Positions 28,854 to 36,993 of a stretch of 64,000 nt of DNA are shown piece after piece. Each line of letters begins with the position of its first letter. The stretch's first letter is position 1. The notes beneath the pieces are model-generated. The model was not told where the DNA came from. It saw only the letters and a list, made by a program, of their open reading frames with translations, and did no database searches. The translations under genes and the position numbers were made by a program. Source of the DNA: an uncultured virus (IMG/VR IMGVR_UViG_3300028920_001041) (lineage: Duplodnaviria > Heunggongvirae > Uroviricota > Caudoviricetes); the IMG/VR virus record IMGVR_UViG_3300028920_001041. One strand, 5' to 3'.

Positions 28854-29768
28854 TTACACTTTCCTATAGTTTGTTGAAGTTCTATTTAATCTATCGTCAC
28901 CAGAAAATTTACTATTATAAATTACGGCATCTTGTTGGTCTCTTCGTTGGTCACAATTTTTACATATATAATTTGATTCTGCTAATGTTCCATCTATGTG
29001 CTGCTTTTTTAAATCAATAAAAGCATCAGAATTAAATATCTCTTCTAATGTTTGAGTCATAAAATCACCCAATAATAGTATTCCATTATAATCGAAACAA
29101 CACATGTTAATTGTTCCATCTACTTGAATCTGTAATGGACTATTTATTGGACGACCACAGGAATTTTTAACAATGGGTCCTTTCCTATAATCTAAAATGT
29201 CTACCCAATTATGAGGACGCCAAATCTCAAGAAGATCAACTCTATCTGAATACATTTCAATAATATTATCTATTTCATCCTTATTAATATCTATAACATC
29301 TATTGTGATAACTAGACGAGTGCATTCTTTGTTGTTAATAATATATTCAATATTCTTTAATACTTTTTTATGCTGAACAGGAGAAGCTCCCGTTATCTTA
29401 CAATAATTATCGGTATCTATCGAATGTAAGCTAATTCTAATATCTTCAACAGCTGTGTCGAATAATATATCAATTTGATTTTCATCTAATGTGCTTCCAT
29501 TAGTTAATATGTGAACGAGAAACCCTCGTTCTCTAGAATATTTAATCTTTTCAAAAATAGTAGGATCTAAAAATGCCTCACCAAATCCAGAAATAGTTGT
29601 TTCGTGTATATATGGTGCTTCAATCTTTAGTTTATCAATAATAAATCGATATATTTCCAACGACATGATCTCTTTTTTTCGAGTGAAATGTGTTGGATGT
29701 GTACAGAATTTGCAACGATAGTTACACTTTGTACAAGTCTCTATCCTTGCTTCGTTAGTTATTAGCAT
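28854..29768 (-). CDS. radical SAM protein with SPASM/twitch domain
   Basis: CNYRCKFC, GFGEA, CGRP...DGTINMCCFD...CKNC. Confidence 0.9.
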   Translation of the reverse strand: MLITNEARIETCTKCNYRCKFCTHPTHFTRKKEIMSLEIYRFIIDKLKIEAPYIHETTISGFGEAFLDPTIFEKIKYSRERGFLVHILTNGSTLDENQIDILFDTAVEDIRISLHSIDTDNYCKITGASPVQHKKVLKNIEYIINNKECTRLVITIDVIDINKDEIDNIIEMYSDRVDLLEIWRPHNWVDILDYRKGPIVKNSCGRPINSPLQIQVDGTINMCCFDYNGILLLGDFMTQTLEEIFNSDAFIDLKKQHIDGTLAESNYICKNCDQRRDQQDAVIYNSKFSGDDRLNRTSTNYRKV

Positions 29769-30514
29769 TATTTCATAACTCCACAAGTTCTTAATATACT
29801 TATTAATTCAGTAATTGGTAATTGTGTATCAGCATCACATAATGCATTATCAGGATCTGTGTGACATTCTATGAACAACCCATCAGACCCACAAGCAATA
29901 GAAGATTTTGCTAAATCATAAGCATATGTATAATTGTTCCAATATTTATTGGGATGAGTGATATCAGTCACAACTTTAAACTTATAAGGGGTTTTCCCCT
30001 TCATTACTCTGATGAATCTAGGATCCATAATTAAGTAATCGAATCCAAAACTGGTTCCTCTATCTCCTATTATTAATTCAGCGTCTTTATTTAATTCAAA
30101 TACTTTAGTAACTATCTGCCCTATCTTAAAAGGATTAAGATGCTGTGGCTTTTTAATATGAATCGGAAGATCTCTTTTTACTGCCGCTTCAATTATAGAT
30201 GTTTGCATTGCTAAGAATGCAGGAATTTGAATCAAATCAACTCTATATGCATAATGATTAATTTGATCAACACTATGAAAATCTGTTGTTATCTTAATAT
30301 TGAATGATGTGCTGATATCTTCTAATGCCGCTAATCCATCTTCAAATCCTGGTCCATAATAATTTTCTAATTTAGTTCTATTATCCTTAATACAAGATGC
30401 TTTAAAATAAAAATCTATGTCTTTAATGTTTTTAATAACATCATTAATTTTCTTAGCTGTTATGAACAGCTTCTCAGGATCTTCTATTACACATGGACCA
30501 CAAATTAAAATCAT
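29768..30514 (-). CDS. kdsA: Kdo-8-phosphate synthase-like enzyme
   Basis: ICGPCVIE, FKAS..KDNRT, QIPAFL, IKKPQ, RGTSFG, DITH, FIECH..PDNALCD. Confidence 0.88.
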   Translation of the reverse strand: MILICGPCVIEDPEKLFITAKKINDVIKNIKDIDFYFKASCIKDNRTKLENYYGPGFEDGLAALEDISTSFNIKITTDFHSVDQINHYAYRVDLIQIPAFLAMQTSIIEAAVKRDLPIHIKKPQHLNPFKIGQIVTKVFELNKDAELIIGDRGTSFGFDYLIMDPRFIRVMKGKTPYKFKVVTDITHPNKYWNNYTYAYDLAKSSIACGSDGLFIECHTDPDNALCDADTQLPITELISILRTCGVMK

Positions 30515-31410
30515 ATTACTTCTCCAACAACCCAATCAATAAAAGTGCTGTATTTTGATCTATCTAAAATATACTCAAAATTATTATCGAACACATTCTT
30601 ATAAAAATTTTTAAATAATGACGAATTAAAAGGAATATTGTCATTATGAATATATGCCCCCGGTATAAATCTATCATGAACCTTTACAAAATCTTTAATA
30701 TCATCTATCCCATCACAATGCAGCCTTCCTTCTAATACAGGGGATATTATCTCTTTATTATTCTGAATTGCTTCTATTAAAGAATACGGCAAAGGATCGA
30801 TATAGTTTCTAGATTGTGGATAAACGTAATGAGTTATATTTGAGAAAAATACTTGTTGATCAAAAGTATGATGATGATTTAAAACATATTTAAACCTTTT
30901 ACTAAAATCATGTCTAGTATTTTGCCCCATCGTGTATACGTCAACATAAGAATATAAATCATTTAACATTCCTAAAAAATAATCAAACGAATCCCTTGTT
31001 ATATAGTTTCTTATATAAAATCCCAAACAAGGTCTAGTGACCTCTGATTGTTTCACTATAAAATCTGTAATCATAGGAATGAAATTCTTAATACTGTCAC
31101 ATTCATGAGTATAATAAAAACCATTATTACATGATTTATTTCCGAAGTAGTTATATTCATTTCGAACATATATTAAATAATCAATATCAATTAAAGAAAC
31201 AATATTAACAGGGAACGAATAATTACTCGGAACCTGAGTAACAAATATAAGCTTTTTGTATTTCTCATTTAACTCTCTTAAATTAACTACATCTTTTGAT
31301 TCTAGATGATCTAGATATTCCGAGTGTTCATTAGCCATTCTTTCTGAAACTGTAAATGCTCCACGTTTAAGATTTCCGTAGGCTACAGATATCAATAAGT
31401 ATTTCTTCAT
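30511..31410 (-). CDS. putative glycosyltransferase-like protein
   Basis: KRGAFTV N-terminal loop; DPLPYSLIEAIQNNKEI GT-B-like motif. Confidence 0.5.
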   Translation of the reverse strand: MKKYLLISVAYGNLKRGAFTVSERMANEHSEYLDHLESKDVVNLRELNEKYKKLIFVTQVPSNYSFPVNIVSLIDIDYLIYVRNEYNYFGNKSCNNGFYYTHECDSIKNFIPMITDFIVKQSEVTRPCLGFYIRNYITRDSFDYFLGMLNDLYSYVDVYTMGQNTRHDFSKRFKYVLNHHHTFDQQVFFSNITHYVYPQSRNYIDPLPYSLIEAIQNNKEIISPVLEGRLHCDGIDDIKDFVKVHDRFIPGAYIHNDNIPFNSSLFKNFYKNVFDNNFEYILDRSKYSTFIDWVVGEVI

Positions 31411-31427
31411 AATTATTAACAATAACG

Positions 31428-31456
31428 GGAGGTAAATATATGAAATATTTACCTCC
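31428..31456 (-). terminator. stem-loop between the Cys-repeat operon and the sugar cluster
   Basis: GGAGGTAAATAT/ATATTTACCTCC perfect 12-bp stem. Confidence 0.6.
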
Positions 31457-31470
31457 AGTCATTATATTAT

Positions 31471-32064
31471 TTAACCAAACTGTGAGTAGAAACTGTCTGT
31501 CATTGATCTAACTTGTTCAACAGAGGTCGCAGTATCAAGATCTCTCGAAAACTGTAACCACTGTTTGTACATAAAATTACCTTCAGATAATTTATCTAAT
31601 AGTGCCAAATATTCTTCCAAAGAAGAAATCAGATCTGAATCCCCAGTGTTTACGATTTCTAAATACTTTTCTTCCCTATTTGAATCTGAAATAATATACC
31701 CAGCAGCACCAAGTTTATTATTTAAAAGTTGAAAAGAAAAGAATTCAAACATACTTATATATCCAACTCTATAAGCTACAAAATGTTTTGATCGAATTAT
31801 AGCACCTTGTCTTTCGGCAGCAATCGGATCCGGAATATCTTGAATAATTAAATCTCTAAATGTTAGAGGGTAATCGATACCTTTCGGGAAAAATACTTCT
31901 TTCCCGTTCTCCATAGCATCCTCGATCTGTTTCTTTAAATCATAGCTAGGAATCTCATAATATTTAACACCACTATGTTCAAAAATCTGACCTTCATCCC
32001 CCTCTAAAACAGAAATTACTCTGTAGTTGATACCAACATCAGCTACACCTGCTAGAATCTTCAT
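31471..32064 (-). CDS. hypothetical protein (possible fibre-assembly accessory protein)
   Basis: GGAGG RBS; last gene of the Cys-repeat operon; function is a positional guess. Confidence 0.7.
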   Translation of the reverse strand: MKILAGVADVGINYRVISVLEGDEGQIFEHSGVKYYEIPSYDLKKQIEDAMENGKEVFFPKGIDYPLTFRDLIIQDIPDPIAAERQGAIIRSKHFVAYRVGYISMFEFFSFQLLNNKLGAAGYIISDSNREEKYLEIVNTGDSDLISSLEEYLALLDKLSEGNFMYKQWLQFSRDLDTATSVEQVRSMTDSFYSQFG

Positions 32065-32078
32065 ATTTTCCTCCAAAA

Positions 32079-32591
32079 TTAATTATCTTTTAACATTGAA
32101 TCATTATTACATTGACAAGTACAATGATAATCACAATTGCATGTACATGAGTAATTACATTGACAAGTACATGAATAGTCACACTGACAAGTACATTGAT
32201 AATCACAATTGCATGTACATGAGTAATTACAATCACATACACATACACCAATATTTTCTTTATTGATAGGTTCTTTAGGATCTACATCATATTTACTTAA
32301 TAGTAATTCTATTTTCTCTAACAATTCAGGAAGTAATTCAACCATTTCAATTATTTCCTGTAGAGCTTTTATAAGCAATGGAGAGAATTGTCCGTAATCT
32401 ACTTTAAAATAATTTGATTGTTGATCTTTTGAAACTATCGAATATTTATCAGGACTAAATATCTTTGTTAAGTCTTGGGCTATTACACCAAAGAAAATTC
32501 TTTCATCTTCAATATGATCAGGATGTTTTTCTTTATCATATCGAAATTTAACTGCTTTAAACCGTTTAACTAATTCTAAATATTCTCCCAT
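32079..32591 (-). CDS. stand-alone body of a peptidase-S74 (tail-fibre chaperone) domain plus 6 Cys repeats
   Basis: KAVKFRY, FGVIAQDL, VDYGQFSPLLIKALQE; lacks the SDxxxK start; C-terminal CxCxCxY repeats. Confidence 0.8.
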   Translation of the reverse strand: MGEYLELVKRFKAVKFRYDKEKHPDHIEDERIFFGVIAQDLTKIFSPDKYSIVSKDQQSNYFKVDYGQFSPLLIKALQEIIEMVELLPELLEKIELLLSKYDVDPKEPINKENIGVCVCDCNYSCTCNCDYQCTCQCDYSCTCQCNYSCTCNCDYHCTCQCNNDSMLKDN

Positions 32592-33353
32592 TTAAAGATA
32601 TTCAACCTCAAGTTTAAGATTTTCATCTGAATAATTACAATCACATGTGCAATTGTAATCACAATCACAGGTACAATAGTTACAATCACAGGTACAATAG
32701 TTACAATCACAAGTACACGGATAATTACAGTTACATGTGCATGCATAGTTGCATTGACAAGTACATGCATAGTTGCATTGACAAGTACATGCATAATTAC
32801 ACTTACAAGTACAGGTATAATCACATTGGCAACTACAACCATAATTGCAATTACATACACATTCAGATTCTAGAAAATTCATCCTATCTCTTAACGCTAC
32901 AATAGGTTCATCTCTAATCTGATCACCATCTTCAAGAACTGAATTAGCTAAATCACCTGGATATGCCCAACCAGGAGATAACGTCGCAATTGCAGACCGT
33001 AACTCTAGAATCGTCTCATTATTAATAACCCCACCTGCAGAAACCGCTGGTGGTGGAACACCAGGTTCACCACGACGACCTGCTTCATTAAGAATAGCAG
33101 TTCTTAATTCGTTAATATGAACAGCTTTAATTTGAAATTGTGTAGTAAGACCAGGATCAGTCCATACTGTAGGCGTAACAGGATCTATTCTTCCAGTGTG
33201 AGTAGGACAAACATCACTTCCCCCAACATGGCCAGGGCAAGATGTAGTAACTGAATGTGCTGTACAAGCAATTGTAGCTGCGTGTCCGCTACAAGATGGT
33301 AAATTTGTGTGACCTGTGCAAGTTGTAGTATTTGAATGTGCCGTACAAGCCAT
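32592..33353 (-). CDS. Cys-rich repeat protein (putative fibre or rSAM substrate)
   Basis: CxxH N-terminal repeats, WTD...IKAVHINELRTAI, 10 CxCxC(N/D)Y repeats, ends YSDENLKLEVEYL. Confidence 0.88.
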   Translation of the reverse strand: MACTAHSNTTTCTGHTNLPSCSGHAATIACTAHSVTTSCPGHVGGSDVCPTHTGRIDPVTPTVWTDPGLTTQFQIKAVHINELRTAILNEAGRRGEPGVPPPAVSAGGVINNETILELRSAIATLSPGWAYPGDLANSVLEDGDQIRDEPIVALRDRMNFLESECVCNCNYGCSCQCDYTCTCKCNYACTCQCNYACTCQCNYACTCNCNYPCTCDCNYCTCDCNYCTCDCDYNCTCDCNYSDENLKLEVEYL

Positions 33354-33374
33354 AATTTTCCTCCAAGAAATTTA

Positions 33375-34259
33375 TTATAGATATTCAATATCTCTTTTGA
33401 CTCTTTCATCTGAGTAATTACAGTTACATACACAAGGATAGTTGCAATTACAGGTACACGGATAGTTACAGTTACAGGTGCATGCATAGTTACAATTACA
33501 GGTACATGCGTAATTACATTGACAGGTACAACCATAGTTGCATTGACAGGTACATGCGTAGTTACAATTACAAGTACATGCGTAGTTGCATTGACAGGTA
33601 CATGCGTAATTACATTGACAAGTGCAACCATAGTTGCATTGACAGGTACAACCATAGTTGCATTGACAGGTACATGCGTAATTACATTGACATACACAGA
33701 CTTGTTCAAAAGTATTAAGCCCTGTTCGTAAACTTTCTAGTTGCTCATTTTGTATTACATCACCTTCCTCTAAATTCACAAGATCTAATGACGAATGTGC
33801 AGACCAAGGGCCAAACAGATTCAATGCTGCTCTGAATGATATAACAGTTGCATTATCAACTGCACTACCAACAGAAACTGCTGCAGGGATAGTCGCCCCG
33901 GCAGATCTTCTTGTATTTTCATTAGATATTGCAGTTCTTAGCTCATTAATATGTTGAGCTTTAATAGCAACACCAGTAAGAGCAGAATCTGTCCAAGTAG
34001 TAGGCGTTATAGGGGCTACAAATCCAGTACAACCACTCGCAGGATCAGTTGCTGAATGTGTTGCACAAGTTGTTGTGTTTGCATGACCAGAACAATATGT
34101 CGTTGCTGAATGTGCTGCACATGATACTGTGTTTGAATGTGATACGCAAGCTAATGTATTTGAATGTGCTGTACATGGACCCGCAGCATGTCCGTAACAT
34201 GATACTGTGTTTGAATGTGATACGCAAGCTAATGTATTTGAATGCGCCGTACAAGCCAT
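33375..34259 (-). CDS. Cys-rich repeat protein (paralog)
   Basis: CxxH N-terminal repeats, WTD...IKAQHINELRTAI, 12 CxCxCNY repeats, ends YSDERVKRDIEYL. Confidence 0.88.
   Translation of the reverse strand: MACTAHSNTLACVSHSNTVSCYGHAAGPCTAHSNTLACVSHSNTVSCAAHSATTYCSGHANTTTCATHSATDPASGCTGFVAPITPTTWTDSALTGVAIKAQHINELRTAISNENTRRSAGATIPAAVSVGSAVDNATVISFRAALNLFGPWSAHSSLDLVNLEEGDVIQNEQLESLRTGLNTFEQVCVCQCNYACTCQCNYGCTCQCNYGCTCQCNYACTCQCNYACTCNCNYACTCQCNYGCTCQCNYACTCNCNYACTCNCNYPCTCNCNYPCVCNCNYSDERVKRDIEYL
33414..33698. repeat. 24-bp coding tandem repeat (Cys octapeptide)
   Basis: units such as CATAGTTGCATTGACAGGTACAAC; related arrays at about 32630-32863 and 32105-32246. Confidence 0.9.
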
Positions 34260-34282
34260 AATTTTCCTCCAAAGATTTAATT

Positions 34283-35434
34283 CTATACAATCTGTTTTAA
34301 TGCTTTAGTAATTTTACCATTAATTTTATAAAATCTACAAAGTCTCGGTTGAGTAGCGTAATCTCTCCACTTATCAATATAAGTGTCTTTATTACTAGAT
34401 TCATACTTAACTGGGTTACATCGTAGACAATAATCTGCTTCACAATCCATACATTCAATAGGCTGATATCCAAAATTAGTATTATGCAATGTATGGGAAG
34501 CACTTAATTTATCTATAAAATCTTCATCTTTTAAATTGGAAACAATATGATCATCAACTTTATCGTCATAAACACTTCCATGACATTTATAAATTTTGCC
34601 ACCTACCCCGACACAAACCATATCTCTTCCGGCACAACAAAGAGCTTTATTAGGATTAAACCACGCAAAGAAGAACTGATTATTGTTCTTCTTACGAAAG
34701 TCTATCTCTTTTGCTGCGATTTCAGCAAGGACATTTTCTAGATCAACACAATATTCATCTATTTCTGCATCACTATATTTATCTAAGTGATAATAATCGA
34801 TTGTTGGAAAATAATTGCCAGAATGAAAGAATTGCTGACCTAGATATTGTTCATAAATATCTCTTATATCCTCATAAGCAGATAGCAAGTACTTAAAAGC
34901 ATCAGGAGGTATAGTTGACTTGACTGTACTTGGAATTCTATTATTATACACCTTTAAAATATTATTTCTAACTGTGTTTGATGTTAACACTCCATCTTTT
35001 CTGGTTCGATATATGTCATGAACAGGTATCCCATCATAAGACATCTGAATACAAAACTTAGGGTGTCCACCTTCAATAAATTGATCTTTAAGTCTAATAA
35101 GAGTATCCCAAATACCATCTAAATAATACCCATTACTAAAGATAAAAAATTTAACTCTAGGATTATTTTCATAATAGCTTATAATATTATTTACAAGCTT
35201 GTGGGCTAATGTGGGTTCGCCACCCCAAAGACCAATATTTAATGCATCATATTTTTCGTTAAAAAAATTCGAATTTAATAATTCGTCAGCTTTAGTCTTA
35301 AATAATTCAATGTCTTTAAAAAATGTATTCCTGAAATGTCCATCTTCAAAACAATATTTACATCCAAAGTTACAAGAATCTGTTAGTGTTAAATCTATGT
35401 TATACATACGAACTTGATTGAAAGTTTTACTCAT
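34283..35434 (-). CDS. radical SAM/SPASM peptide-maturase-like enzyme
   Basis: CNFGCKYC, WGGEP, SYDG, CCAG...KIYKCH...CMDC...CLRC...C. Confidence 0.9.
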   Translation of the reverse strand: MSKTFNQVRMYNIDLTLTDSCNFGCKYCFEDGHFRNTFFKDIELFKTKADELLNSNFFNEKYDALNIGLWGGEPTLAHKLVNNIISYYENNPRVKFFIFSNGYYLDGIWDTLIRLKDQFIEGGHPKFCIQMSYDGIPVHDIYRTRKDGVLTSNTVRNNILKVYNNRIPSTVKSTIPPDAFKYLLSAYEDIRDIYEQYLGQQFFHSGNYFPTIDYYHLDKYSDAEIDEYCVDLENVLAEIAAKEIDFRKKNNNQFFFAWFNPNKALCCAGRDMVCVGVGGKIYKCHGSVYDDKVDDHIVSNLKDEDFIDKLSASHTLHNTNFGYQPIECMDCEADYCLRCNPVKYESSNKDTYIDKWRDYATQPRLCRFYKINGKITKALKQIV

Positions 35435-35448
35435 TTCATCTCCACTTT

Positions 35449-36456
35449 CTAAAATTGACTGAACTTCACTTTTGTCTCTTTATTTGCATAAGTTATACCA
35501 GTTGTCGGAGATAAATACGCATTACCAACGCTTGTTGATTTATCACACCGTCCACAAGCAACGCATGTTACACCACAAAAAGGAATATTATATAGTAAAT
35601 ACACATGTTCTAAGTATGGTCGTAATTGATTTCGCAATACCTCAGCATAACCTGGGGGACCAACAGAATCTAAATCTTTATGAGCAAAACTAAGAGCAAT
35701 TTTATCACAAGTAGGCCATCTTTCACATATTTCGATCATATCTTCTACAACTTTATCATAGTTCCCAGCATGAACTGTATAACTCATACTAAAGAATATA
35801 TAATGTTTAACAAGATTATCAACTGCTCGTTCAACATATGGTTTAGAACTTGCACCATTAGGAAACTTTCTACGATAATGTCCTGACCCATCATAACTTA
35901 CTTCGATACTAAGATATACATTCTTATTCTCAACTGATGCCTTTAATTCTTTATATTGTAGAATTAATCGTTCATCTAGGAACAATAATGCGTTAGTGGT
36001 TATAGGAATTGCCCAACCTCCACCTTTAGGTAAATCAGCTGCTTTTCTAACTAAATATTCATAAAGATCAAATTTTAACAAAGGTTCTCCACCCATTACA
36101 ACAATACATGAATTTAGATTTCCCTCTCTTTCGTGAATTTCATGAAGAAAAGAATCTAACATCTCTGTAGAACAATTAGCATGATCTGGAAGACCTTCGC
36201 GACTATCTTCTTCATAACAATATTCGCAACGAAGATTACAATTAGTATTTAAATAAACAACATTGGTTCTTGTCGTTCCTTGTGCATCATTAATCTGTTT
36301 AACTAATTTTTGTTCACCATATATTGTATTATCTTGATCACACCCTTGCCCATCTTTGCATGACTGACAAGAATCGCATACTTGATTTTTTTCACCTAAT
36401 GTCTCTTTAATATCAGTCATAAATATATTTATATCTTCCTTAGTTACATGACTCAT
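35449..36456 (-). CDS. radical SAM protein (maturase-like core, Cys-rich N-terminus, no full SPASM)
   Basis: CNLRCEYC, MGGEP, TTNA, SYDG; N-terminal CDSCQSC...C. Confidence 0.9.
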   Translation of the reverse strand: MSHVTKEDINIFMTDIKETLGEKNQVCDSCQSCKDGQGCDQDNTIYGEQKLVKQINDAQGTTRTNVVYLNTNCNLRCEYCYEEDSREGLPDHANCSTEMLDSFLHEIHEREGNLNSCIVVMGGEPLLKFDLYEYLVRKAADLPKGGGWAIPITTNALLFLDERLILQYKELKASVENKNVYLSIEVSYDGSGHYRRKFPNGASSKPYVERAVDNLVKHYIFFSMSYTVHAGNYDKVVEDMIEICERWPTCDKIALSFAHKDLDSVGPPGYAEVLRNQLRPYLEHVYLLYNIPFCGVTCVACGRCDKSTSVGNAYLSPTTGITYANKETKVKFSQF

Positions 36457-36459
36457 TTA

Positions 36460-36984
36460 TCACTTCCCCATTTTAGACCGTATTTTTGAGACAAGATCCT
36501 TAACATCACTTTCTATCTCATTAACTGATGTTGGATTACCAACACCAATGCCCTGCCCTGATGCATTTTTACCATGAATAGGACAGTCACAATCTACACC
36601 TTGACCCATAGCATTCTTACCATGAATAGGGCAATTCTCATCACTTGAAGTATTACTACCCTGTAATCCGCCAGCGCCATGCCCTCGACATTCTTGAGGA
36701 TCAGCATTTATATGACCTACACAAATCTGGTCTTTGTTTACATCCGCTTCTGACGCCTCACTAGCAGTACTAAATGATAGAACCTTACTACCACTAGGTG
36801 TTGGCGCCATATTATCTAGCGAACAAGATTGTTCTTCTTTCGGTTGACAACATTCAACAATTTTAAGAAGTTTATCAGATATATACAAACATAGATCACT
36901 AAGACTATTATCAAATTCTTTTATTTCTTGTGATACTTTTAACATTCCTTGCGCCGAATTAAAGATTTTAGCTTGGTCCATCAT
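36460..36984 (-). CDS. Cys/His/Gly-rich protein with CPIHGKNA repeat
   Basis: two CPIHGKNAxGQG repeats; CxGH motifs. Confidence 0.75.
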   Translation of the reverse strand: MMDQAKIFNSAQGMLKVSQEIKEFDNSLSDLCLYISDKLLKIVECCQPKEEQSCSLDNMAPTPSGSKVLSFSTASEASEADVNKDQICVGHINADPQECRGHGAGGLQGSNTSSDENCPIHGKNAMGQGVDCDCPIHGKNASGQGIGVGNPTSVNEIESDVKDLVSKIRSKMGK

Positions 36985-36993
36985 TCGCCTCCA

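Noticed and set aside
32592..32594. Genome-wide stop-codon reassignment explaining the in-frame TAA
   Set aside because: TAA, TAG and TGA all terminate otherwise complete genes in this window, and ORFs are full length under the standard bacterial code
32105..33698. CRISPR-like or non-coding repeat array
   Set aside because: The 24-bp units are contiguous with no spacers, keep the reading frame and vary largely at synonymous or x positions; they encode the Cys octapeptide
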